From positions 38,812,001-38,876,000 of the forward strand of contig OX597829.1 of the NCBI GenBank assembly GCA_951406725.2: a stretch of DNA of 64,000 nt. Direction: 5' to 3'. A program made the position numbers and the translations under genes. Of the stretch, positions 1 through 13,700 are shown piece after piece. The notes below the pieces were generated by a model that saw nothing but the letters and a program-made list of their open reading frames with translations, was not told where the DNA came from and did no database searches. The DNA is from Octopus vulgaris. Its lineage: Eukaryota. How positions within the stretch are numbered: the stretch's first letter is position 1; every line of letters starts with the position of its first letter.

Positions 1-1189
1 TTTTTCTTACAGATGGTTCCCAACTGACCCTACTATACTATGTAGTTGACAAAATCAAGAACAAACAATGCACGTACACTAAATTAGAAATATAAAATGG
101 CAAAAATTTACCTACCGCTCCCTGTATGTATGTATATACATACATACACACACACACATACATTCACGTGCCAGGATTCCATATGATTTTTGTCTACCAA
201 GTTCACCCAGAAGGCATTGGTCTGTCTGGGATTATTGTAGAAAATACTTCCCCAAGATGCCAAGCCATGAGACTGAACCCAAAGTTATGTAGTTGTGAAG
301 CAATTTTCTTAAGCACAGCCAGGCTTGATAATTAGGTTAATTATATACAATTGCATTTTTAATCATTTTTGTGTTCCCTTCCATATTTGTAATTTCATTA
401 TAACTGCATGGCATATTCCCTAATGTTCAAAGATCTTGGCATTTGTAGGTAGTAAGGTAAATTCTATAGGAGAAATGATTTTATTAGGTCAAAAAGGTAT
501 GTAAATGAAAAGGTACAGGGCTGGAGGAACCTCTATACCAGGCATGGACAACTTTTTTGAGAAGGAGGCCAGTTGAGGCTATCAAGAGGCAGGCTGCAGT
601 AGCAAAAAATTTCAAGGTATCTTTTGTTAGGTGTGCTATTCAGGAAGTCCTTCAAACCACAGTTTGCCCATGACTGCTAATAATAATAATGTTTAAGGAA
701 ATGAAAACATCACCAACAACAAGACTAACAGCAAAATAATATGAGCCAATGAGGGAACCACTATGTCAGTGATTCCTCATGTCAGATGTTAAAACTAACA
801 GTCCCCTTTAAATCTCACTCATTACCTCTTAAAAAAAGGAAGGTCACTTTAGATAATGTAAATCTATCTAGATAAACCTATGTATACAACTATACATAAT
901 GATCACAGCAGGGATTAAACAACAAGATTACAACTATAGCAGTATTTGATGTGGTATTTAAATCACTAAACTTACAGCAATGAATCTAATTACTTGCAGC
1001 AACAGATCTATTTATTTTTAAATGTTATTGTTGTAAATTGATTACATAAAATCAGTGGTTGGTGATGAAAACAATGATGTGAGCTAGATTTTCAGGAGTT
1101 TTAACAAAGTATGAACATTTTAAAAACAATGAACACTATTAGGCCAAAATAAAGGATAGCCATAATAACAGACCAGATGAAAATTAATC

Positions 1190-1420
1190 ATACTCTTGGA
1201 TGTGCCAATCCACACAGACATGGAAATTGAGGCTAATCCACTAGATATTGTTGTCAAGGACAGCCAAGTCAGGAAAGGAAATGCCATTTAATCGAAGTAT
1301 CAATCTCAGCAGTTGATATTGTATCTGTCAAAGAAAATTATCCAAAAATAAAAATGTTAATTGAGGTAACCAGCATGTGGCAAAAGAAAACAGAAATAGC
1401 ATCTACTATAGAAAGGTATC
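1190..1420 (+). pseudogene. Degraded restriction-like endonuclease (RLE) domain of an R4/Dong-type non-LTR retrotransposon
   Basis: Frameshifted translation gives ILLDVPIHTDMEIEANPLDIVVKD / CHLIEVSISAVDIVSVKE / LIEVTSMW. This fits the RLE pattern (I)LWD.PI.TD..I.ANRPDIVV.D...C.LIDVSIP. Confidence 0.75.
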
Positions 1421-1636
1421 TTGCAATTAGATTAAAAATAAATGGACAGATTCATATTCAGGCTCCAAGACTTACAAATATGTGCAGCATAGAGAAAATA
1501 GCAGTGGATGTATGCCTGAGTAATAGAAAACTTCACTCAACAATCATGCAGTCTTGAGTTTGATCTTGTGTGTCATCCATGACAAATATCTTTTACTGTT
1601 CTTCCAGTTAACCCATGCCTAGCAAACGAAATTGTG

Positions 1637-2618
1637 TGTAGCAATATTGCTATCCTCACTGTTTAAGAAGAACATTAGGAATGATCTCGTTTGAGATTAC
1701 AACCATCTTTGGCTAGTTTGACCCCGTTGTGTCCACTGATCTGATTGGTTAACATCTAGTGCAGTCTGTCTCTCTACTTATTTCGCGCCAGTGTGTAAAC
1801 TGACCAATCACAGCTTTTGGATAGGATCTTTCAATTGAGCCATCTTCACTCCTTAAATAAGCTAGTATTTCCACTTCATCGTCTTTCGGCTTTAGACCTT
1901 CTGAGGTCTAGTCAGAGACTACAGAGCTACTCAGCCATATTCCAGTTCAAACGACAGATGACAGCCAGCCAACCATACTATGAAGACATTATTGTATACC
2001 AGCGACAGACAGAACGTCATCACCAACGTCATCTCCATCTCCGTCGATTTCAACTTGTACACAACAACACAAATACACAGATTCAACTCACGCTGTTTGT
2101 GTGAAACTTTCAACACGGAAAAATAGTTGCAGTATATATCTGAAAGAACATCTATATCAAGAGAAACCTGCACAACAAGTGACTCAACTAATCTTCGCTC
2201 CAAGACTCAAATCTTGTTATAGAACTTATTGTCGTGTACCACATGAACTGGTAACTAACTCTATAATAACTCAATATGCTGAGACTTCTCTTATGCTCTG
2301 TATTTCTGTTGTATTCGCATGCACTTTTATCTGTACCTTCTGTCGCACACACAGACACAAATACTATACGCATGCATTCATACCACAACACTACGCTAGT
2401 AATCACAACTCACTTTGTACACTGTGAATAAAATCTATCTTCTCTCTCAAACAATAGAATGGCTTGTCGTCCTTCATTCATTTCCTTTGGCACTGTATAA
2501 TATATACATGTATTATGGCTTCTCTTATTATTATGTTAGGATGCGATCATGCAGCGTACAAGAGGAGACCTTGCCACTAACCTCCTTACGTACGGTCGTA
2601 TATATATAATGTCCTACA
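1637..2618 (+). mobile_element. Solo LTR (982 bp, probably Gypsy-type) inserted into an old SINE
   Basis: Termini TGTAG...CTACA; 4-bp TSD TGTG at 1633-1636 and 2619-2622; CCAAT boxes near 1744 and 1804; AATAAA at 2427. The SINE-like sequence on the left resumes on the right (gaaactgagtggaagcc). Confidence 0.8.
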
Positions 2619-4872
2619 TGTGCATATAGAAACTGAGTGGAAGCCTATAATTTAACAATCTGGTCTTATCAGTAATGTTGATCTCTGAATCATTGCCCCT
2701 TTTTAAAGGGTGATAAGTGCAGTGGTGGTGGAAAATTATATGTAGTTGAGATGGTCCAACATGGATTTGCATAAATCTTTGAATCTCAATAACTACCAGG
2801 TCATACAAGAGCTGTGTTCTTGTTGTTGGTTCAGAAACAAAATGAGCGGCAGTACAGGACTGACAGACCAGCTGTTCAGTTTGAGGATTTTTTTATGCCA
2901 CAAAGTTGGGAAGTGAAAGAAAGAGACAGAGTTGGCAAACAGTAACAACAGCAGGTTCTGGAAGCTGCTGTTCCAACAGTACCACCAGTCAAAGTTCTGG
3001 AAATAGTAGAGGAGATCACCTTGTCTTCAGAATCAAAAATGAATGATGCCAAAAATCTATTCTTCCGGTGACACTACCTGATCCCTGCAAAAGAATGGAA
3101 AACAGATGAAGGTTTGTGAAGACTGGCAGATCAACACAGATGTAACAAAACAAAAAAACGTTTCAACCAAAAGGTGTCTAGGACATTTGAAGAAAACTTT
3201 GCAATCTTTGAAGAGGAAGCTATGACACTAGAAGTGGAACCTTGTCCATGGCATTGAACTCATTCACAGTTATCTTGGAAAATAATTATAAAATATTAAA
3301 TCTAATGTTTGAGCTGGAGATTATCATCCCCTTCAGTGACAAATAATTTGAATGAGCATGAGATGGCATACAAGGACCAAGATCCCTCAAAGATTATATT
3401 TTAGTGAAGACCACATTAGAGGTCTGTAAACAGATGTTTCCTCAAGGCTCAAAAGACACAAGAAATGTGCATTTAAGTACAGCTGTAATCATTTATTGCT
3501 GTAACAAGTGGCACTAAGGTAAAATCATGGGTTGCTCTTAACTGACCTAGTTGATGGGGTTCTTGTCCCTCTACAGATATGCAGTTACCTCATTTATGTT
3601 TCATGTTTTATTTATGTGATGTTTTAAAAACATGGAATTATATTATTTTGTTTTCTTTAATTTATATCAAAATTTTTAATGTTCATTGTATAATGTCTTT
3701 AAGCCTCCACTTGCTTTTATAACTTTTATTTGTCCATTCTTACACATTTGAAACCCTAAGTCTACATTTTTTCCTGTTGTATGTTTGAATGGATCTTTGA
3801 TGACAAATAAAGAAAATGTTATTGTCTCATTGCTAGTGTTGTTGTTTTGTTGCTCTTTTTCCTGTTGTTGTTTGCTATGGATGCACATGTTTACATACAG
3901 TCTACTTGAACAGTGATTTTTTTCAAGAGTGACATGATGGAAATGAATACCAATGAAAGAGTCTTAATATTAAAGAATGCGGTTATAGGTGAATGTGTAA
4001 AGTAGGCTTCAGATGTAATTCATCTGTTTATTGTTGACAATTAACAAAGGATGCTACCATTCCAAAGAAAGAAAGCAAAGTGACATTGAAAAATAGTGTC
4101 CATAGTAAAAATTGTGTTCTCAGAAAGAAACTAGAAATGTATGTGAAACTAGTCTGTGCATGGTAGTTTTAATGTTGACATTTTTTTTTACAACCTGGCA
4201 TTTTGACAGCCGTAATTGTGGAAATTGTCAAGACCAAGAATTTGCACACTCCACTGCACATATCATTGAGTCCCTGACATTCAGATTACCAGCCAAGCTT
4301 TCTACCTTCTGGTTTTAGATCTGGTCTGTTGAGTCCCAAAACAAATCTGTGGTGACATCATCGCTTGAAAATTCAGTGCGTATTGAATAATTTGATTGGC
4401 CAGATTTTTGTTGAAATCATTACTTAGTTGAAAGATCCTGTCTTTTTTCACACACAAACTTGCAAAGAAAATAGATGGATTTCATATTGAGGTCTGCTAT
4501 TAATATTCCACCATTGGAGAGTTGGTTATGTAACAATGAGTAAGTTATGATGTAAGTGTAGTAGGTTTGTTTTGTCCATATGCATTTGAAATTCTATGTC
4601 TACATTTTCTCCCTGTTGTATATATGAATGGATCTTTGATAGCAATAGAGAAAGTATTGTTGTTACAGTTACTGTCGTTGATGGTGTTGCTGATGCTGAC
4701 ATTGTTGTTTGATGCAGAATCACACATTTAAAAGTCCTTGAATAGATATAATCCAAGATTGACCTGAAGGAAAGGATTAACAACATAAGAGGTCTTTGAC
4801 TTATTTAAGGTTTGACATCATATTGTTCTTTGACTGCATATATTTCTACCAAATGCCCTTTATAACTTTTTT

Positions 4873-5289
4873 GGATCTTTTCGGTTTGACTGGCAGTTTT
4901 TTAAATAATTTCCACGTAACTAAACACTTTTAAACTTCGTATACTGGTAGAATGTGTTTATAAAACATCATTTTCTCTTGGCCTTATTGAGAAAATTCTA
5001 TAGTTTGTAAGATATTTGTTGGGTTTTTTTTCTTCAATTTCTGCAATTTCAACCAATCAATGACGTCTATTGAGGTGAAGATATTCTGTGCCGCATGAAT
5101 ATGTCCCTCGTTAAGAAACAGATTGGGTTTATTTACATTTGTGAAGAAAAAAAGATACCCTTCCCCCCCCCCCTAACCCTAACCCTAAAACAGATTGAAA
5201 TGCAATAGATCGATACTAGGGTCACAATTATGGGTGACAATTTCATATGACACCGCTAGAAAAAACTGCCGTTCAAACCGAAAAGATCC
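4873..5289. mobile_element. MITE with 30-bp TIRs and a short internal CCCTAA tract
   Basis: GGATCTTTTCGGTTTGACTGGCAGTTTTTT vs AAAAAACTGCCGTTCAAACCGAAAAGATCC (2 mismatches); inserted in a T-run. Confidence 0.85.
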
Positions 5290-5544
5290 TTTTTTTTTAT
5301 TTCAAAATGATTGCATGAATAACTGGAAGGAGAGGTATGTGCCACAATGGTGGTATCACTGGCAAAACAAATTTTAACACTAGCCCAAGAATTTGCTGAC
5401 ATGAAACAGATTTACAAAACACAACTGAGACAAACAAACCCAAGACTGTCCCAGATTCTATGATACAAAGTTCCTGTTTTAAAGTGATCTAAATTCAAAC
5501 TTTTCAGCAAAATTTTTAAATTTATATTCCAAACATCAGCTTAA

Positions 5545-5763
5545 CCCTTTAGTGTTCAGATTATTCAATCAAACATAATGCCTATTGATTCCCATTGATT
5601 TTAATTAATCATGCATTATCTCATATCTTCAAGAGCTTCATGGTGTAATTACTTAATGTAGAATAACATTGTAGGGTAGGTGTGAGAGCCTGGATCTGGT
5701 TAGTTTGAACATAAAACAGATTAGCTATTTTGGCCAGATATGGCCGGTTTAAATACTAAAGGG
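5545..5763. mobile_element. piggyBac-like MITE nested in an older repeat
   Basis: TTAA|CCCTTTAGT...ACTAAAGGG|TTAA. The host repeat (~5440-5800) matches the reverse complement of ~7170-7343; a related copy lies reversed at ~17300-17470. Confidence 0.8.
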
Positions 5764-6411
5764 TTAATAATGACAATGTTAATTTACTAAAGCTAATGTA
5801 TTCTTAAAGAAGTATGGTAGTAAATGGGTTAAACAAAATTACAAGTGTGTAAGCAGGAACACAAAAGCAAATAGTGCAGAAAATGCTATGTTAAACAGGA
5901 AGAACAATAAGAGCATTTCAATTTTTGTTAATATTGTGGATAATATGGAATTCCTTTATGAGTCAGCTCCATATGGATGGGGTACCTCAAGATAAAAACA
6001 GTGTCTGTTTAACACACAGCCCAATTTTTAAAAAATTTTGCTACACACTGTTAGTTTTTCGTGCTAATTATGAAAATTGCATTTTTTTCGTTTTTTGAGA
6101 AATTTAAGTTCATGGACAAATCCAGAAAGTCTAGTTTGCAGAAAGTGATCAGAGCAGAGACAATCAGAGTTGTTCTCCCAAGGAGGATAACTCCTTGCCT
6201 CTCTCTCTCTTTCTATATATATATATATAGAGAGAGAGGCAATATATATATATATATATATATACATACAGAGAGAGAGAGGACGGTTTGACAAGGAGCT
6301 GTCTAGCAAGGAACTGTCCAGATTCCATTTGTCTGGACAGTGTTATATATATATGTGTGTATGTGTGTGTTTATATATATATATATATATATAAATAAAC
6401 ACACACACATA

Positions 6412-6489
<78 letters not shown>

Positions 6490-6508
6490 AATAAACACAC
6501 ACACATAC

Positions 6509-6552
<44 letters not shown>

Positions 6553-8444
6553 CACTGTCCAGACAATTGGAATCTGGACAGTTCCTTGCTAGACATCTCC
6601 TTGTCAAGCCGTCCAACCCATGCCAATGGACATTAAATGATGATGATGTATCATTTATAATAATGTACAGGTACTCTGTATTTCATTTATTTACTTAAGT
6701 AAATTTAATATTGGTTTAATTCAGAGTGTGTTGATCAAGGTGACCACCCCTGGCTTGGAAAAAAAATCAATAATCTAGAAAAGCTCTGGAACCAGAGCTT
6801 TCTCTTGGAAATCAATGTTGTACATGTATAAGCAGTTTATAGTAGCTTAGTAAAGACATTAATTATGCCAGTGAGTCTAGCTGAATATAGATACCAATAG
6901 CATTTAACAATAAAATGAAAGCTAATACTGGTTTCTAGAAAAAGGTAGCATTAGTAATAAATTTGGGGGTCATGAATATAGTTGATATCCTGACCCCAAT
7001 ATTTGACAGGTACTTTATTTATGGACCCTAGAAGAGTGGAAAGATGAATCCAAACTTGGTGGCATTTGAATATAAAAGTTGTGACTAAATATAGCAGGAA
7101 ACTTCGACAATCTTCTGACTTTGCCAATCCAATACTCTTTAACATTTTTTTTGTCGTATATTTCAGTTAATTCTGAAAATAAATAAATCAGTACTGTAAC
7201 TTTGTGATTATTAAACTGGTGTTTGGAACATAAATTAATATGGAATTTTAATGGAAGATTTTAATTTAACTCACTTTAAAATGGAATGTTTGTATAATAG
7301 AACCAGGGGTAGTTTCAAACAGGTGAATGTCAAATGGGTTAACCAAACTAAAGTTAAAAGGTTCATCTATTTCTAATAATATTTTTTTCAAAAAAAAAAA
7401 ATAAAATAAATAATAGAAAATATATGAATTTGTAAAAGTATTTCACAATCCAGCAGAAGCTTGCTTGGAATTGGTGCAACTTGCTCTCTCTCCTTAAACA
7501 AGGTAAATAAATAATGAACTGAGTCTGTGATAAGCAGTTTGGAAAAAGGACAAAAACATCAATGATTCAGACAAGATGGTACCTTTATAAAGATGGAAAA
7601 GAGAAGAAATTTAAAAAAGAAAGAAAAGTGATGGAGGAGATAGAGAGAAAAAGTTCCACACATGTTCTTCAGAAAAAGTAAATTATGGTAGGTCGATTAA
7701 CCTATCTTTAAAGATGTCATTTCTTCTGAAGACAAAGAGCCAGCTTTGCAGTCATTCTTTGCCAATCTACTTGTTATTTAAATGAACAAATTAAAAGTTA
7801 TGGGATACAGACATGTTCTAAGGAAATTAACAATGGAATGGAAAATGTCCAAGACTCAATAAATCAATATATCTTTCTTAACTTAGTTTTCTTTTGTTTG
7901 TTTGTTTTTCTCTCTTTTAAAATGACTACATATATTATATAAAACTAGCTGTTGTTGTTTAGCCTCAAACCAACTCTGATTGAACAGACCAATAATCAAA
8001 GATATTCCAGCTCTGATCACCCAGTCTTGTTTTCAGGTATAGTGTTTTTATGCAAGTTTGCTTCCCAACAATGTGATTTCAGATTCATTCCTACAATATG
8101 GCACCTTGAGTAAGTATCTTCTTCAATTATACCATCTAAGGTGATCAATGCCTTATGAGTGGATTTAGAAATTGCAGGAAGCCCATTGTAAGTATTTAGA
8201 TGTATGTGTGTAGAAGCGAATACTGATATTCTATGCATATGTGTGTGTCTGTATATAGAGACAATTATGCAAATAAATAAATCTGCTTGGGTTTGATACA
8301 CAAAATATATAGACACATGTATACATGTAAATAGAAAGAAAGCAAAGACAGAAAATTTTCAGATAATCAATATTCAAATAAAAATATGTAGATATTTATA
8401 TATTAGCAGAGTAAAAAACTTACAGAAAGTGCAAAAGACAGAAA

Positions 8445-9943
8445 ATTAACCATAACCTTTACCCTAAACCTAACCCTAACACTAACCCTAACCCTAACAC
8501 TAACCCTGACCCTAAACCTAACACTCACCCTAACCCTAAACTTAAACCTAACTATAACACTAACCCTAAACCAAACCCTAACCCTCACTCTAGCACTAGC
8601 CCTATCCTAGCTTTAAATCTCACCATAACCCTAACCTTAACTCTAACCTTACCCCTAACTTTAACCCTAGCCCTAACCATAACAATAACTCTAACCCTAA
8701 ACCTAACCATAACCATAACACTAAACCTAACCATACCGAAAACACTAAATCTAACCCTAACCTTAACTCTAACCCTAACCCAACCTTAGCCCTACCCTAA
8801 CCCTAGATCGAGTCCTAAACCTAACTATAACAATAACCTTAACACTAACTCTAACCCTAACACTACTCTAACCCAAACTCTAGCCCTAAAACTAACCATA
8901 ACAATAACCCAAGCTCTAGCCCTAAACTTAACCATAACATTAACCTTAACCTTAACAATAACCTTAACCCTAACCCTAACTCTAGCTCTAGTCCTAAACC
9001 TAACCATAACAATAACCTTAACCCTAACAATAACCTTAACCCTAACCCTAACCTTAGCCCTAACCCTAATTCTTGTCCTAAACCTAACCATAACAATAAC
9101 CCTAACCCAAGCTCTAGCCTTAAACCTAACCATAAGAATAAACTTAACCCGAACCCTAAACCTAACCCTAACTCTAGCCCTAAACATAACTATAACAATA
9201 ACCTTAACCCTAACCCTAACACTAAATCTAACCTTAGCCATATCACTAAATCTAACTCTAACTTTAACTCTAACCCTAACCCTAACATTAACCCATACCC
9301 TAATTCTAACCCTAGCCCTAAACCTAACCATAACAGTAACCTTAACACTAACACTAACACTAAACCTAACCATAACCAAAACATTAAATCTAACCCTAAG
9401 CTTAACTCTAACCCTAACCCTAGCTCTAGCTCTAAACCTAACCATAACAATAACCTTAACCCTAACCTTAAACCTAACTGTAACCATAACACTAAACTTA
9501 TCCCAAACCTTAACCCTAACCCTAATGCTAACCCTAAACCTAACCATAACACTAAATCTAACCCTAACCCTAACCTTAACCCTAACACTAGCTCTAGCCC
9601 TAAACCAAACCATGGCAATAACCTTAACCCTAACACTAACCCTAACCCTAACCCTAACCCTAGCTCTAGCTCTAAACTTAACCATAACAATAACCTTAAC
9701 CCTAACCATAACAATAGCCTTAACCTTAACCCTAATCCTAACCCTAGTACTAGCCCTAAACCTAACCATAACAATAATCTTAACCCTAGCTCTAGCCCTA
9801 AACCTAACCATAATAACCTTAACCCTAACCCTAACCATAGCCCTTACCATAACTCTAACTCTGACCTTAAACCTAACCCTAACACCTAACCTTAAACCTA
9901 ACCTAAACCTTACTCTTACACCTAACACTAACCTAAACCTAAA
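8445..9943. repeat. Degenerate telomere-like (CCCTAA)n interstitial array with higher-order structure
   Basis: About 250 hexamers CCCTAA/ACCTAA/CCTTAA/CACTAA/CCATAA/CAATAA/CTCTAG in near-constant phase. The VR- and LG-rich ORFs here are by-products. Confidence 0.95.
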
Positions 9944-9982
9944 CATATTCATGGCAAAAGTTGAAAGAAATCTGTCATACAT

Positions 9983-10043
<61 letters not shown>

Positions 10044-10045
<2 letters not shown>

Positions 10046-10560
10046 TAAATTACACCATCTAGAAAATTACATATAATAGAAAATATATTCCTTTCTAGAT
10101 GGTATAGGAATGGTGGTCTTTTTCTAATTTTTATATATATATATATTATATTTTGTGAAATTTGATTTAGTATTTCTAAATTGAATTTTTCCCTGTAAGT
10201 TAGGAATAATATTCCCTCAAATTATTATTATTATTATTATTATTATGCTATTATATTTATAACTAACGCTTCTGAGATATTACTCTCATTATCGTCGGTT
10301 ATGGAACTTACAGGTAAAATAGAACCACTCTTTTGGAATTCATCTTTGAAGGATGTTCCTATACCATCTAGAAAGGAATATATTTTCTATTATATGTAAT
10401 TTTCTAGATGGTGTAATTTAATTGTTCATTTTGAATTGATAAAAGGTGGGGGTTTTTTCTAATTTTTAAATATATTATATTTTGTGAAATTTGATTTAGT
10501 ATTTCTAAATTGAATTTTTCCCTGTAAGTTAGAAATAATATTCCCTCAAATTATTATATT
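10044..10560. mobile_element. Rearranged PLE-type terminal repeat with an inverted arm and duplicated tail
   Basis: 10044-10109 is the reverse complement of ~10356-10421; 10111-10230 is directly repeated at 10445-10555; same family as 43975-44390; abuts (TA)n. Confidence 0.6.
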
Positions 10561-10726
10561 TCTAAATCTCTCAGAGAGATTTATGCAGTAGTGATACGAT
10601 AAAGTAGTTGTATGCTGTCAACATAATGTGACAGTCCCATCAAGGGAATAATACTACTGCTATTTAGTCCTAGGAAGCAGCAATGCTTCCTGTCGGCTTT
10701 GACAGTCTACCTTTTACTCTGATCAA

Positions 10727-13700
10727 GAGGCCCTTTGTCACCAGCAGAGGTAAGAGCTCCCTGAACTTTGTCCAAGCTATTCTTATTCTAGCAGCTACAC
10801 TTTCAGCACACCCTCCTCCGCTACTGACTTGGTCACCTAGGTAACGGAAGCTATCAACTACTTATAGTTTTTCTCCCTGGAATGTGGCGGAAGTTGGTCT
10901 CTGCGCATTTTCAGTGTTTATTGCTCCTGAGCATCTGCCACATACAAAAACTATCTTCCCTGTTAGCCTTCCTGTTAGCCTGCACCTCTTATGTGTCCAT
11001 AGCTTACACAGGGTACATCTTATAGAGTTTCTACCTATACCTCTACTACAAATCGAGCAGGGCCATCTACCTGAAGGGATTTGTGGTTTGCCTGCCTTCC
11101 TACTTATTAGGACTTTAGTTTTAGCTAGGTTGATTCTAATCCTTGCTTCCACACTTGAAACTTCTCTAGTTCAGATAGTAACTCAGCAATTAGAGCAAGG
11201 TCATCAGCATAGAGGAGCTCCCAGGGGCATCCTGTCTTGAATTCCTCCGTTATTACCTGGAGGATTATGATAAATAGGAAGGGGCTGAGGACTGAACCTT
11301 GGTGCACCCCTACCTCTACCCTGAATTCTTTAGTGTACTCATTGCCAACCCTCACCTTACTTACAGTGTCCCTGTACATGTCTTGCACAGCTCTCACTAA
11401 CCATTCATCTATCCCTAGTTTCCTCTTTGACCACCAGATAAGGAATCGGGGGACCCTGTCAAAGGCTTTCTCCATGTCAATGAAAGCCAGGTACAGGGGC
11501 TTATCTTTGGCTAGGTATTTCTCCTGCAGCTGCCTTACCAGAAATATGGCATCAGTGGTGCTTTTCCCTGGCACGAAACCAAACTGCATCTCATCCAAGC
11601 TGACTCTCTCCCTAATCAGTTAGTTAGTTAGTTAGTTAGTTAATTTGGCTCAAAAGCAAATAGCAAGGCCATGTAGGGGGACATGGAGTTAAGTACAGGG
11701 TGGTGTTCATGTAAAGAGTTCAGGCCACTTGAGGTCCAGCGAGGCTTTGAACAAAGCGATCGTCGGCATCTTCACCATCTCGTCTGGCAGCTTGTTCCAC
11801 GGATCCGCAACCCGGACGGAGAAAGCTCCTCTCCTTCGATTGAGATGAAATCGTCGCAGGTAGAGCTTTTCGGAATGACCCCGCAGCCGACGCTCCGGAG
11901 CAGGAGTGAAGAACAGCTCTTTCGAGAGGTTACACTTCCCGCTTATGATGTTGTGGGCGAGAATGAGATCACCACGGCGGCGGCGTTTTTCAAGAGAATA
12001 AAGGTCGAGCGTCCTCAGCCTTTCTTCGTAGGACAAATTTTTGAGACCATGAACCATGCGGGTAGCCAGCCTCTGGACTCTTTCGAGATGCTGTATGTCT
12101 TTGAGGAGATAAGGAGAAGAGGCTTGAATCCCATACTCCAATATGGGTCTCACCAGCGTGACATAGAGTGGCAAGAATATGGCTGCTGTGAGCATTCCGA
12201 ATGACCGTCGAATCAAAAACAGAATTCCGCGCGCTTTGTTGGCAGCTTGGACGCACTGGGCCGAAGGCGAAAAGGAGGAATCCACCAAGATACCCAGGTC
12301 CTTTACCTGATCGGTCCTCTCCAGCAGCAGACGACCCGGCTCGAAATCAAGTTGAGTTGCAGGAGTAGAGCCGACAGGCAGATGACAGCACTTTGACACG
12401 TTCAGACACAGGTCCCAATCGTTAGACCACTTCCAAATTTGGTGGAGGCATCGACGAAGATCCTCTATACTACCGCGAGGAGCGACCAGTTTGATATCGT
12501 CGGCAAATAGAAGGGTGTGTTGCGTGAGGTCGTCGGGCAAGTCATTTATGAAGACTAAGAACAACAAGGGCCCAAGCACTGAACCTTGAGGCACGCCCAC
12601 TGCTTGCACTGGAGACGTCGGACCGCGAACCATTAACTTGAACTTGGAAGGAGCGATCTGAGAGGAAGGCACCAACCCATCGTACAATATCCAGATGGAA
12701 ACTCTATGCTTGAAGCTTGACAAGTAGTAGGCGGTGGTTTACCGAGTCAAAAGCTTTGGCAAAGTCCAATAAAACGATGTCAACAGCATCACTATCATCG
12801 AGGATGCGTGTCACCAATGACTATGACCCTCTCCATAACCTTCATTACCTGATCCAACAGCTTGATACCTCTGTAATTATTTGTATCTAAAGCATCACTT
12901 TTACCTTTGTAGTAGTTGACTATTATGCTGCTACACCAGTCATTGGGTATGACTCCTTCGTGTATCACCTGGTTAACTATACGGGTGACTAGGCTATAGC
13001 TGACACTGCCAGATATTTTGGGGCTTTCCCTGTCTTCATATTTCTAATTGCCTTATCTACCAAGGTATTGTCAACTCGGATAGGTGGTCCCTCTGTTGGG
13101 TCGACATTCAGCAGACTCTTTCCCTCCCATTCATTTTCTTTATTCAGCAACCTTTCATAATGGCATCTCTAAACCTCTCTCTTTGCATCCTCATTTAGCG
13201 CAAGTGCAAGTGAACCATCATCCATGCGAACACATTTCTCTCCTACCATATCACGATTCTCTCTCACACACTGTCTTGCAACACGAAATACCTCAAGTCT
13301 TTGGTCCTCATGGCGCAGAACATTGGCAAATTTTTTCTTATCTGCTTCCCCTCTGGCTAAATAAACCTGTTTCCTAGCTCCCCTTCTGGCAGTCTGATAC
13401 ACTTCTCTGCTACCACCGTTCTTCTAGTCCCTCCAAGCCAGTTTCTTTTGTCTAATGGCCTTATCAACAACATTGTTCCACCACCACATCATTTTGGGTC
13501 AAGAGGGAACTTTGCACCATCCACAGATCTGGTCGGTGGCCCTTAGCAGGTTGTACCGTAGGAACCTCCAGTTGTCTTCTATACCATATGAAGCTATATC
13601 TCCTTCTATGTCGTCAAAGGCTTCGAGTAATATGTCTCTAAATCTCTGTCCATTTGCAGGATCTGTAAGTCTCCAGACCCTTCTTCTCCTTGCTGGTCGT

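Noticed and set aside
1-95. Strong-looking splice acceptor tttttcttacag followed by short open frames
   Set aside because: No recognisable peptide or clear donor; cannot support an exon without transcript data
539-676. Possible hAT MITE (CAGGCATGGACAAC...GTTTGCCCATGACTG)
   Set aside because: TIRs imperfect and no convincing 8-bp TSD
2700-3240. Possible Gypsy integrase tail and polypurine tract next to the solo LTR
   Set aside because: No clear motif, and the TSD shows the LTR is solo
6061-6626. YI/HT/CV-rich ORFs here and throughout, and the poly-M/H/S ORFs at 27174-27541
   Set aside because: Translations of (TA)n, (CA)n, (TACA)n and (CAT)n microsatellites
8825-10076. 391-aa VR-rich, LG-rich and LT-rich ORFs
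   Set aside because: Direct consequence of hexamer periodicity; no evidence of a gene
10255-10305. Minus-strand CCGACGA...UGAGA/UCUCA-GAAGCGUU hammerhead-like trace
   Set aside because: Core register is ambiguous and GAAA is broken; at most a relic
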